DNA of 64,000 nt from Myxococcota bacterium (GCA_963674735.2 CAXXQS010000002.1:1760001-1824000); one strand, 5' to 3'. Numbered from the stretch's first letter, positions 1 through 9,414 are shown. A program made the numbers and translations. The notes: generated by a model from the sequence alone, not told the origin.

Positions 1-2031
1 GGGAAATCGGCTCTGGATGCCATCCAGGAGCGTCCCTACGAGTTTGCCTTCATCGATGGTCTGCTTCCGGGGATCGATGGCTTCAAGCTGTGCGAAGAAA
101 TCCGTTGGATCAAGCATTCGGAGAAGATGCCCATCGTGATGATGTCGGGAGTTTACCGTGCCAGTACCAGTGCGGTGGAGGCGCGTCAGAAGTATAAGCT
201 TTTGGATTATCTGGAAAAACCGATCGCACCGGCGGTCATCATCAAACTGTTGCGCAAACATTTCGGCAACGAGTATCCCAAGCCGTTGGATATGATGGAA
301 AGCGATGGCTTTCACTCCATGATCAACACCTATTTTATGTACGATGCAACGAATCTTCCGTTGATCGGTCGTTTGGAAGCCGTGCCGCTTCCGGTGTTGC
401 TCAACCAGATCTGGGCCCGCAAACTGACCGGGCAAATGCTGATTTCGTGGAAGAAAGCCAAGAAAATCGTCAGCTTCGAAAAAGGACGGCCGGTGTCGGT
501 TAGCTCCAATATCATCGGCGAATGCTTGGGGCAGCAGCTCCTCAAAGACTCCGTAATCGATCAAAACCAACTGGATGCGTCGCTTGAGATCATGAAACAG
601 GTCGTCAAACGCCAGGGTGAAGTGTTGCTGCAGATGCATGCCATCAGTTCCCTGCAATTGGCCGAAGCCTTGCGGCGGCAATTCGAGATCAAACTGTTTT
701 CCGTGTTTCAATGGCAGGACGCTTCGTACAGCTTCAAGGCCTTGGAGGCTTTGCCGTCGGTTCCCAGTAAAATGGATCTGCATCCCTACACCCTGATTCG
801 TAACGGCGTGATGCAGCATGTGACGGTCGACCGACTTCAGCTCTGGTTGAAACCCTATCAAAGTGCCGAAATTCACGCCACCGAAAACTGCGAAAGCCTG
901 ATGCGGGAAGGTGGATTCAATCTGAAGGAGACGCGTTTCGCCCAAAATCTGGACGGGCTGGAGACGTTGAAAGAGGTGCTGGAAACGCCGTTCAAACGCA
1001 AAGATGATATGGCGGCCTTCATTTTCACTCTGATCGCCATCCGTGCCGTACAATTGGGCCAGCCGAAAGAAGACGACAGCGAGGTGGATGGCGAGACAAA
1101 GGTGTTCAACGGCGAACGCGAAGAAAGTCTGCTCGTTGCTCATGCTCACCACTTGCGTGATATCAATCAGGTTCCGACCGAACGAAACGATATTTCCGTC
1201 ATGGGCGCATCGGGAAAAACGCGGGCGATGAGCAAAGAAGACATCGAACGCCTTGAACTGATGCAGATCTTGCAACGGCTGACACCGGAGCAAAAAGGCC
1301 AGTACCAGCGGCTGTACGAATTTTACAAGAAGAACCAGGAAAAAAACTATTTCGAGATTTTCGACAGCGATCGACAGACGCCGATCGAGCAGATTAAAAA
1401 GCGGTTTTTGGAATTGGCCAAAACCTACCACCCCGACACGATCGCCCATCAGGATGTGCCCGAGATTCGGCGGTTGGCGGATGAAATATTCACGCTGCTT
1501 TCCAAGGCCCATGAGAATCTGACCAACAAGAAGAAGCGGGCCGAATACATGGAATATCTCAGCGGGGGCGGCAATGAAGACGCCACCGAGGAAGTCGCCA
1601 AAATCCTGGCCTCCGAAGAGCATTTCATGGAGGCCAAAACCGCCATCAAGCGCAAAGATTGGACGGCCGCCAAGCGTTCCCTGCTGGAAGCGCTGAAACT
1701 CAACTCGAACGAAGGCGAGTATTATTGCGAGTTGGGTTGGGCGCACTTCAACCTATCGGCCAACGACATGGTTTCGCGGCAGGAAGCCATCAAGTATCTG
1801 GAAAAAGCCATCGAGGTGACGCCGCGACTCGCCGACCCGCATTTTTATCTGGGGTCGATCTACAAGTCCGTGGGCGATCTGGGTAAGTCGGTGGATGCCT
1901 TCAGAGAATGCCTGCGCATCGATCCCAAGCACCATCGTGCCAAAAGCGAGATGCGGCTATTGAAAATGCGCCGCGAGGAAGAAGTCAGGGCGAAGGCCAA
2001 GGGCGGCCTTTTCTCTCGCTTCAAGAAGTGA
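1..2031 (+). CDS. Multidomain protein: receiver (REC) domain (5'-truncated by window edge), DUF4388-like region, J domain, TPR repeats
   Basis: Frame is open from base 1 (GKSALDAIQERPYEFAFIDGLLPGIDGFKLCEEIR...PIVMMSG...YLEKP, a REC motif set). J domain NYFEIF...LAKTYHPD carries HPD. C-terminal TPRs (EALKLNSNEGEYYCELG, ECLRIDPKH). Confidence 0.85.
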   Translation, partial: GKSALDAIQERPYEFAFIDGLLPGIDGFKLCEEIRWIKHSEKMPIVMMSGVYRASTSAVEARQKYKLLDYLEKPIAPAVIIKLLRKHFGNEYPKPLDMMESDGFHSMINTYFMYDATNLPLIGRLEAVPLPVLLNQIWARKLTGQMLISWKKAKKIVSFEKGRPVSVSSNIIGECLGQQLLKDSVIDQNQLDASLEIMKQVVKRQGEVLLQMHAISSLQLAEALRRQFEIKLFSVFQWQDASYSFKALEALPSVPSKMDLHPYTLIRNGVMQHVTVDRLQLWLKPYQSAEIHATENCESLMREGGFNLKETRFAQNLDGLETLKEVLETPFKRKDDMAAFIFTLIAIRAVQLGQPKEDDSEVDGETKVFNGEREESLLVAHAHHLRDINQVPTERNDISVMGASGKTRAMSKEDIERLELMQILQRLTPEQKGQYQRLYEFYKKNQEKNYFEIFDSDRQTPIEQIKKRFLELAKTYHPDTIAHQDVPEIRRLADEIFTLLSKAHENLTNKKKRAEYMEYLSGGGNEDATEEVAKILASEEHFMEAKTAIKRKDWTAAKRSLLEALKLNSNEGEYYCELGWAHFNLSANDMVSRQEAIKYLEKAIEVTPRLADPHFYLGSIYKSVGDLGKSVDAFRECLRIDPKHHRAKSEMRLLKMRREEEVRAKAKGGLFSRFKK
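1990..2031 (+). repeat. att-like direct repeat copy 1 (last 14 codons of the J/TPR gene)
   Basis: GCGAAGGCCAAGGGCGGCCTTTTCTCTCGCTTCAAGAAGTGA, repeated identically at 4243-4284 and with synonymous changes at 6529-6570. Confidence 0.9.
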
Positions 2032-2146
2032 AAACCAAGAAATTACAAGATATTTCGGCGACGTAAGCGGTTGCCCCGAAGGCGTGGTCGGTGACGGTCC
2101 GGAGACCGCTACCCGCGAGGGGATCGTGTAGTTGCGTGCGGCCGCT

Positions 2147-2797
2147 TTACGGGCAGGCGTGGTCGCTGCAATGCCACAGGCCGGTTTTGCATTCGCAGCG
2201 GTTGCAGCCGGTATCGCGACCGGCAATGGCGCCTTCATCATCGCAGGCGGTCGCCTGGGCGACGGGTTCCACACAGCTTTCGCCGTCATCCGCCGCTTCG
2301 GCTTCCAGACAGGCCATCACGCATGCGTTGCAATACAACGCTTCGTCGGTGGCGCAAAGCCACTCGGCCGAATCATTGGAGCAGGCCTCGCAATCATCGA
2401 AACACTCCGGCGCGGGGATTTCGCAGAGGGATTGGTCCTTTACAATGCCGTCAAGTTCGCTCGGTGGCAAACATGGCGACAGCGTGCATCCATCGTCACG
2501 AAAATGGGCAATCCCGTAATGTTCTTCTTTACATGCAAGTCCCAAGTTCGGCTTGCGACAGTGCATCATCGACGGCGCCGCCGAAACGCTTTCGCAGGCC
2601 ATCTGGCATTCGTTGGCATAGACGTAGCCGTCCTCACCGCAGATACCGGATACCGTGGAGGCGATCCATCGTGTCTCGGAAAGCTGGCAATCGCCGACGC
2701 AAGACGTATAGGCATCGATGTCATTTTCGTCGCCACAGGCAGAAAAAAGAAACAAAGAAATGACAATGAAAACGAAATATTCTTGGATTTTTTTCAT
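2147..2797 (-). CDS. Cys-rich lipoprotein with Kazal-like and pacifastin-like domains; putative serine protease inhibitor (cassette 1)
   Basis: Lipobox FSAC. Kazal-like CGEDGYVYANEC and LCATDEALYCNAC. Pacifastin-like CNRCECKTGLWHCSDHAC. AGGAGG RBS upstream. Confidence 0.75.
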   Translation of the reverse strand: MKKIQEYFVFIVISLFLFSACGDENDIDAYTSCVGDCQLSETRWIASTVSGICGEDGYVYANECQMACESVSAAPSMMHCRKPNLGLACKEEHYGIAHFRDDGCTLSPCLPPSELDGIVKDQSLCEIPAPECFDDCEACSNDSAEWLCATDEALYCNACVMACLEAEAADDGESCVEPVAQATACDDEGAIAGRDTGCNRCECKTGLWHCSDHACP

Positions 2798-2812
2798 CTT
2801 TACACCTCCTGA

Positions 2813-4155
2813 CTATTCGTCGCAGCGGACAAAGGGATAGCCGTTATCTGTATGCTCGTCGCAATCCAGCCCCGTCTTTTCACGTATCCAGGAAATTTTG
2901 CGGTCGATTCGGCAAGCGACTTGATCTGCACCCGTTGGGGCAGCGCAATTTGATGGTTCTCCATTTGCACAAACCTGCCTTGCGGCACCTGAATGGATTG
3001 CATCAAAAAGCCACAAGTTACCTGTGTACCTCGCCCAACCCGTTCCAGAGTCACCAAAGCAAGTTCGGTAATTATCGTTAGCATCATCCTTAACCATGTA
3101 ACTATATACAGAATCAAGCGAGAAACTTCCCCATCGCTTAACACCATCTCCAGAGTCAATGCACATGGAATTGTATCCACTTCCCCAAATCGTTTGAGCC
3201 CATCCTTGCGAGGGTGTTCCATTATACAGTCGGGCTTCGCTTATATTGCGATTCCAGCCAGGGGAAAAATATATCAGGCCAATGTCATCGTTTGTATCAA
3301 CCGTTCCTCCACCGCCCGAGTAGTCAATATGCATACGAAACCAAGCTGTCTTTGCATTATCACACTCGGTATGGCCTGCGATTGAATCAGTGATACATTC
3401 CTTCGCGCCGGTATTTTTATTCCACCAGTAAACTTGCAGACAACCGGAACATGTTGCAGCCAAATCTGGATCATCATTCGGAATGGCCATATCAATGCAA
3501 TGCGCTGCTGTTAGAATCCAATGATCGTTAATAATAATTCCATTGCAATAGCTAGGCTCTGGAGCATTTGGAATATTCCAATAGTTAACCCATATCTCCA
3601 CCACACTCTGGCTTGAATTCCAACTGGGAGTATCCCCCTTCCAGATCATCGGAACGATTTCGCCTTCTTCGGTGTCATGGTCGGGTTCTTCGTGCATCGA
3701 CGCTTCCGAGGCGAGAAAGGCCTGTTCCTCCGGGTCCACCGGTTCGATGGCCGGATCGGGCTCGAAGAATTCTTCGCGGGTGTTCAGGTAGTTTTTGGCC
3801 TGGATCGCCAGATTGGCCTCGGCGCAGGTCGCCACCTCGGTCAGGCCAGTCAGTTTCACGGCAAGCGGGTTTTTGCTCAGGAAACGGTTGATGGCGTCGT
3901 AATGGTAGCGGTAATCGACGCCGTTGATGCGGCAGATGCCGAGATGCTCTTGCGAGTAGTCGTCGGGCGGCATCTCGCCTTCCTCGTAGCCGCAATGCCC
4001 GCCGTCGGAAAACGGTTCCACATCGAAACCGGAAATCAGCTCATTCAAGGCGATTTCATCGGGCGGGTCGATGCTTAAGGGGGGGGGTCACCACCGCATC
4101 CGTGGAACAGAAAAACCGCCAAAGCCGCACTTGCAAACACCATTACTCGCCGCAT
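2813..4155 (-). CDS. Lipoprotein trypsin-fold (S1) serine protease, frameshifted at a poly-C tract (cassette 1)
   Basis: Catalytic motifs TAAHC, DIGL, GDSG. Signal peptide MRRVMVFASAALAVFLFHGC starts at ATG 4155 behind AGGAG but is out of frame with the body at the 9-C run (4079-4087). Confidence 0.85.
4079..4087 (-). repeat. Poly-C (G9 on + strand) homopolymer within protease 5' coding region
   Basis: Nine consecutive G on the + strand; 10 would fuse the signal peptide to the protease. Confidence 0.9.
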
Positions 4156-4200
4156 GAGCATCTCCTATCGATTATACATCCAATATGAGACATGAAAGAA

Positions 4201-4229
4201 ACTTTAGCAGTCGAATGAGGAGGTGTCAA
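4201..4229 (-). promoter_or_regulatory. sigma70-type promoter of cassette 1
   Basis: TTGACA-17 nt-TAAAGT with TGn extension on the minus strand; a TATAAT also lies at 4171-4176. Confidence 0.65.
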
Positions 4230-4242
4230 TCGAAAAAAGCGA

Positions 4243-4284
4243 GCGAAGGCCAAGGGCGGCCTTTTCTCTCGCTTCAAGAAGTGA
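4243..4284 (+). repeat. att-like direct repeat copy 2
   Basis: Identical to 1990-2031; high identity continues downstream to ~4683. Confidence 0.9.
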
Positions 4285-4399
4285 AAACCAAGAAATTACA
4301 AGATATTTCAGCGACATAAGCGGTTGCCCCGAAGGCGTGGTCGGTGACGGTCCGGAGACCGCCACCCGCGAGGGGATCGTGTAGTTACGTGCGGCCGTT

Positions 4400-5077
4400 T
4401 TATGGGCAGGCGTGGTCGCTGCAGTGCCACAGGCCGCTTTTGCATTCGCAGCGGTTGCAGCCGCTGTCGCGACCGGCAATGGCGCCTTCATCATCGCAGG
4501 CGGTCGCCTGGGCGACGGGTTCCACGCAGCTTTCGCCGTCATCCGCCGCTTCGGCTTCCAGACAGGTCATCACACAGGCATTGCAATACAGCGCCTCGTC
4601 GGTGGCACAAAGCCATTCGCTCGTATCGTCGGAGCAGGCCTCGCAGTCATCGAAACATTCCGGTGCGGGGATTTCGCAGAGGGTGGAGTTCTCGGTAGGC
4701 CCGACATCACTGTCCCCAACGTCCTCACATAACTGAAGCGTACAACTATCAGATTGAAAAATCGCAGTATCGTAGTGCTTACAGCTATGGGACAGTTCCG
4801 GACGGCGGCAGTACATCATCGATAGCGCGGCTTCATCGCCGTAACATTCCATCTGGCATTCATTGGTGTATATGCTTCCATCTTGCCCACAGATACCAGA
4901 TTCATATAGACTCATTAGGCTGTCTTCCAGTTCTCCACAGGTTTCCAGGCAGACGGCCAAAGGATCGTTGTCACCGTCGGCATCGCCATCTCCGAGCGAG
5001 TCGTCATCCCCGCCGCAGGCGGAAAGGAGAAATACTGACAAGATAATGAAAATAAAATTTTCTTGTATTTTTTTCAT
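4400..5077 (-). CDS. Cys-rich lipoprotein with Kazal-like and pacifastin-like domains; putative protease inhibitor (cassette 2)
   Basis: Lipobox LSAC. Kazal-like CGQDGSIYTNEC. C-terminal ~94 aa nearly identical to the cassette 1 protein, ending CNRCECKSGLWHCSDHACP. Confidence 0.75.
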   Translation of the reverse strand: MKKIQENFIFIILSVFLLSACGGDDDSLGDGDADGDNDPLAVCLETCGELEDSLMSLYESGICGQDGSIYTNECQMECYGDEAALSMMYCRRPELSHSCKHYDTAIFQSDSCTLQLCEDVGDSDVGPTENSTLCEIPAPECFDDCEACSDDTSEWLCATDEALYCNACVMTCLEAEAADDGESCVEPVAQATACDDEGAIAGRDSGCNRCECKSGLWHCSDHACP

Positions 5078-5092
5078 TTTTCCACCTCCAGG

Positions 5093-6441
5093 CTATTGGT
5101 CGCAACGGACAAAGGGATAGCCGTTGTCTGTATACGACGGACAGGACAATCCTGTTTTGTCCCTTATCCAGGAAATCCTTCGATCAATACGACAACCGAC
5201 TTGAGCCGCACCGGTGGGTGCTGCACAGAAAGTTCTTCCGTTAACATCACCGCCATTACTACAAGTACCTTTTGCAGATGCTGAGTGAATGGCATCGAAA
5301 AGCCACAGATTTCCCGTATACTTTACCCAGCCTCCACCGGAATCGCCGGAACAGACTCGATAATCATCACCAGCGGCCACATAATCAACCACCGTATAAC
5401 TGGTCACGGATTCGAGAAAAAAAGCGCCTACCCTTTTAGTACCCAATCCAAGTGGAGTGCATAAGGAATTGAATCCAGCTCCCCAAATCGTTTGAGCCGA
5501 GTACCAGGGCGGTGTGCCGTTAAAAAGTCGAGCTTCACTGATGTTTTCGTTCCAGCCCGGCGAGTAGTATATAAGAGCGATATCGCTTCCTGAGTCCGGA
5601 TTGCCAGCATAGTCGATATGATAACGAAAAGTGGCGGTTTTTCCTGTTTGGCATTCGGCATGTCCCGGCGTTGAATCGGTAATGCACTCTTTCGTTCCCG
5701 TGTTTTTATCCCACCAGTAAGCCATCAGGCAACCCGAGCAACTATAAGATTTGTCGGGATCGTTGGGGGGAACCGCCTGATCGACACAATGAGCCGCCGT
5801 TAGAATCCAGCGATCATTGATAACAATCCCTGTACAGGTATTTCGATCATTAGGATCATCCCATTTGCCGGAATGAACTAGAACTACACTTTGGCTGGTG
5901 TTCCAATTCGGGAAATTGCCCGTCCAGATCATCGGAACGATTTCGCCTTCTTCGGTGTCATCGTCGGGTTCTTCGTGCATCGACGCTTCCGAGGCGAGAA
6001 AGGCCTGTTCCTCCGGGTTCACCGGTTCGATGGCCGGATCGGGCTCGAAGAATTCTTCGCGGGTGTTCAGGTAGTTTTTGGCCTGGATCGCCAGATTGGC
6101 CTCGGCGCAGGTCGCCACCTCGGTCAGGCCAGTCAGTTTCACGGCAAGCGGGTTTTTGCTCAGGAAACGGTTGATGGCGTCGTAATGGTAGCGGTAATCG
6201 ACGCCGTTGATGCGGCAGATGCCGAGATGCTCCTGCGAGTAGTCGTCGGGCGGCATCTCGCCTTCCTCGTAGCCGCAATGCCCGCCGTCGGAAAACGGTT
6301 CCACATCGAAACCGGAAATCAGCTCATTCAAGGCGATTTCATCGGGCGGGTCGATGCTTAAGGGGGGGGGGGGTCACCACCGCATCCGTGGAACAGAAAA
6401 ACCGCCAAAGCCGCACTTGCAAACACCATTACTCGCCGCAT
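5093..6441 (-). CDS. Lipoprotein trypsin-fold (S1) serine protease, frameshifted at a poly-C tract (cassette 2)
   Basis: TAAHC, DIAL, GDSGG. Same signal peptide from ATG 6441, out of frame at the 12-C run (6362-6373). Confidence 0.85.
6362..6373 (-). repeat. Poly-C (G12 on + strand) homopolymer within protease 5' coding region
   Basis: Twelve consecutive G on the + strand; 10 or 13 would be in frame. Confidence 0.9.
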
Positions 6442-6486
6442 GAGCATCTCCTATCGATTATACATCCAATATGAGACATGAAAGAA

Positions 6487-6515
6487 ACTTTAGCAGTCGA
6501 ATGAGGAGGTGTCAA
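6487..6515 (-). promoter_or_regulatory. sigma70-type promoter of cassette 2
   Basis: Identical to 4201-4229 (TTGACA-N17-TAAAGT). Confidence 0.65.
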
Positions 6516-6528
6516 TCGAAAAAAGCGA

Positions 6529-6570
6529 GCGAAGGCCAAGGGCGGCTTGTTTTCTCGTTTCAAGAAATAA
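6529..6570 (+). repeat. att-like direct repeat copy 3 (synonymously diverged, displaced 3' end of the J/TPR gene)
   Basis: GCGAAGGCCAAGGGCGGCTTGTTTTCTCGTTTCAAGAAATAA still encodes AKAKGGLFSRFKK*. Confidence 0.85.
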
Positions 6571-6582
6571 TGTATCCCGGAA

Positions 6583-7185
6583 TCACAGAATACCCCAGCG
6601 CTTTTGAATGATTCGCGATACGGCGAACAACACCAGCGCGGCAGCGGCGACGAGCAGCAGGGCCGCCGGATGGTAGGGGGCGATCTGCCAGCGCATCAGC
6701 AGCGGGCTGTAGGAAGCCAGCGACGCCAGAACGACCGCCAGGGCGAACAGACGCGATCGGGGCGCTTTGTCTCCCAGGTGGGCGAAAGCCAGCGTGGCGG
6801 CAATGGCGGCAAAGGTGATGGCGAAGAGGTTGCCGGGATGCACCCAGGGATCGAAATTGTCGAGGGAGGTCTCGTGCCAGGCGATGAAGGCTTTCAGGGT
6901 GGCAAAACGGTAGGTGACCGCGCTACTCGAAAGCAGCAGCGACAACAGCAGGGTCCAAGGCATCCGCTTGCTGGAGTCGACCAGCGGTTTGCCGCGAAAG
7001 GTGATGTGTTGCGGAAGATTGAAGCTGCGAAAGACGATGGCCAGTGCGGCGAACAGAAACACCGCCAGGGTCACTTCCTGCGCCTGCAGCAGAATCGGCC
7101 AGTAAGGGTCGGGAAGACGCTTGGCCAGTCCGAGCATGGTGAAAGTGAGAGTCAGGCTGGCAAGCATCACGTACAGCATCGGCAT
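6583..7185 (-). CDS. Hypothetical integral membrane protein (~6 TM)
   Basis: Multiple hydrophobic helices. Likely start MPMLYVML at 7185; the ORF extends to 7374. Confidence 0.65.
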   Translation of the reverse strand: MPMLYVMLASLTLTFTMLGLAKRLPDPYWPILLQAQEVTLAVFLFAALAIVFRSFNLPQHITFRGKPLVDSSKRMPWTLLLSLLLSSSAVTYRFATLKAFIAWHETSLDNFDPWVHPGNLFAITFAAIAATLAFAHLGDKAPRSRLFALAVVLASLASYSPLLMRWQIAPYHPAALLLVAAAALVLFAVSRIIQKRWGIL

Positions 7186-7467
7186 CCTTGACGTTGCGAT
7201 TTTGTCGAGATTCGATCCTAAACCAAGTTCTTCGTGCAAGCAATAGACGCCCCGATTTTTATCTCCTCGTTTACTACTTACCGTTCCATGGAATTCTTTT
7301 TCTTCTTGTCTCCGTTTAGCGTTGACCCATTCCGGCAAACGCGGTAGAGCATACTCGGGTAGGCCGCCTCGCACGATTCGGGCGGTAATTGGGAAGAAGA
7401 GACCCGCTTGGGCGCTCTTCTTCTTCGAAAGCTAACAGGACGCGCGAAGGCGCGGAAGGAGGACGCG

Positions 7468-9414
7468 GTGGCGGTTGGGCATACACAGGCGGGAGCGGTT
7501 TTGGAAGCAGGCAGTACGGGTGAGGCCTTTCTCGCTTTCTGCCGGGAAAACCTGCAAGAGGCCGATCGGCTGCGCAGCCGTTTGAAAGAGGGTAACGCTT
7601 CCTCCGAGGTCGCGACGCTGGATTTGTACAATCGGATGGAAGAATGCCTGCAGGATGTGCAGGAATTCGCATCCTTGGCTCAAAGCGTGCATCCGGTCAA
7701 GGAGGTGCGCAAGGCCGGTGAAACCGCCGAGCAGGAGGCCGTCGCCTTGTCGTCCGAGATCGGGCTCGACCACGAATTGTATGCTGTTCTGGCGGCGCTC
7801 GATTCGACTGCGGCTGAGCTGGATGCCGATGCGCGCCGGACCCTTGAAAAGTCCTTGCGCGATTTCAAACGTGCCGGGGTCGACCGCGACGAAGCCACGC
7901 GCCGGAAAGTGCGTGAGCTGAACGAACGCATCACCAAGCTGGGCCAGACCTTTTCGCGCAACATCCGCGAGGATTCGCGCACGATCGAGCTTGCCGATGC
8001 CGCCGAACTCGCCGGAATGCCGGACGATTTCATCAGCGCGCACAAGCCCGGCGACGACGGCCGCATCCGTATCAGCACCGACCACGCGGACTTCATTCCC
8101 ATCATGAGTTACGCCGAAAACGACGCGTTACGCGAAGGCCTGTTTCGCGAGCGCAGCAACATCGGTTATCCCGCCAATGGCGAGGTGCTCGAAGCGCTCA
8201 TCGCCGCCCGCAACGAGTTGGCGCAGACCCTCGGTTATCCCAGTTACGCCGCGTATGCCACCGAGGAATTGATGATTCAAGACACGGCAAAGGCTCGAAC
8301 ATTCATCGAACGAGTCGCGGAACTGGCCGCCCCGGCGGGCGGGCGCGATCTGGCGATTCTACTCGACCGCAAACGGGCGGGCGACACGGGGGCCGAGGCG
8401 GTCATGCCTTGGGAAAGCGCCTACCTCACCCGCTTGGAGAAAGCTGAGCGTTTCAACTACAATCCGGCCGAAGCACGCCGCTATTTCGATGTCGAGAAGG
8501 TGACGGCCGGGATTCTGGATCTGAGCGCCGATCTGTTCGGGGTGGCTTTCGAGCTTGAAGCCGAGGCTCCACGCTGGCACGAAGATGTACGGGTTTATGC
8601 CGTTTCCGAAAACGGCGAAGCCATCGGCCGTATTTATCTCGACCTTCATCCGCGCGACAACAAGTTCAAGCACGCCGCCATGTTTTCCATGACCGCCTAC
8701 AACGACCGCTTGCCCGAGGGAGCCATCGTCACCAACTTCCCCGACCCGAAAAAGTCGGAAGGTCCGGCGTTGATGGAGCATAGCGAGGTGACGACCTACT
8801 TCCACGAATTCGGACACTTGCTGCACTTCATTTTCTCGGGACGGCAGAAGTGGGTGCGGCTCGGTATGGTGGCGGAATGGGATTTCGTCGAGGTGCCTTC
8901 ACAGCTTTTCGAGGAATGGGCCTGGGATGCGCAGGTTTTGCAGCGCTTCGCCACCGATCCCGACGGCGCGGTCATTCCGGCCGATCTGGTGGAACGCATG
9001 CGCGACGCCAAAGATTTCGGGCGCGGCATTCATTCACGCCAGCAGATGTACTATGCCATGCTGGCTCTGACCCTCTACACGGACGATCCGGCGACGCTGG
9101 ATCTACGTGCCGTGGTGGACGGTCTGCAGGCGCAATACAGTCCTTTCCCGGTGATCGAAGATACGCATTTCGAATGCGGCTTCGGGCATCTGTATGGCTA
9201 TTCGTCCAATTATTACACCTACATGTGGTCCCTGGTGATCGCCATGGATCTCTTCGCCAACATCCGCGAAAGGGGTATGGCCGACCGCGCGGTGGCGCTC
9301 AATTACCGGCGCAAAGTGCTCGAACCGGGTGGTGCAAAGGACGGCGCGCAACTCGTCCGCGATTTTTTGGGCCGGGACTTCAGTTTCGAGGCGTTTGAGG
9401 AGTGGCTAAGCTGA
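7468..9414 (+). CDS. M3 family metallopeptidase (thimet oligopeptidase/oligopeptidase A-like)
   Basis: FHEFGH zinc motif, DFVEVPSQLFE, YYTYMWS. GTG start after AGGAGG. Confidence 0.92.
   Translation: MAVGHTQAGAVLEAGSTGEAFLAFCRENLQEADRLRSRLKEGNASSEVATLDLYNRMEECLQDVQEFASLAQSVHPVKEVRKAGETAEQEAVALSSEIGLDHELYAVLAALDSTAAELDADARRTLEKSLRDFKRAGVDRDEATRRKVRELNERITKLGQTFSRNIREDSRTIELADAAELAGMPDDFISAHKPGDDGRIRISTDHADFIPIMSYAENDALREGLFRERSNIGYPANGEVLEALIAARNELAQTLGYPSYAAYATEELMIQDTAKARTFIERVAELAAPAGGRDLAILLDRKRAGDTGAEAVMPWESAYLTRLEKAERFNYNPAEARRYFDVEKVTAGILDLSADLFGVAFELEAEAPRWHEDVRVYAVSENGEAIGRIYLDLHPRDNKFKHAAMFSMTAYNDRLPEGAIVTNFPDPKKSEGPALMEHSEVTTYFHEFGHLLHFIFSGRQKWVRLGMVAEWDFVEVPSQLFEEWAWDAQVLQRFATDPDGAVIPADLVERMRDAKDFGRGIHSRQQMYYAMLALTLYTDDPATLDLRAVVDGLQAQYSPFPVIEDTHFECGFGHLYGYSSNYYTYMWSLVIAMDLFANIRERGMADRAVALNYRRKVLEPGGAKDGAQLVRDFLGRDFSFEAFEEWLS

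Noticed and set aside
1957-2289. Duplicated 110-aa ORFs (1957-2289 and 4204-4542)
   Set aside because: Alternative-frame readings of the inhibitor 3' end and the duplicated DNA, with no RBS or protein-like composition.
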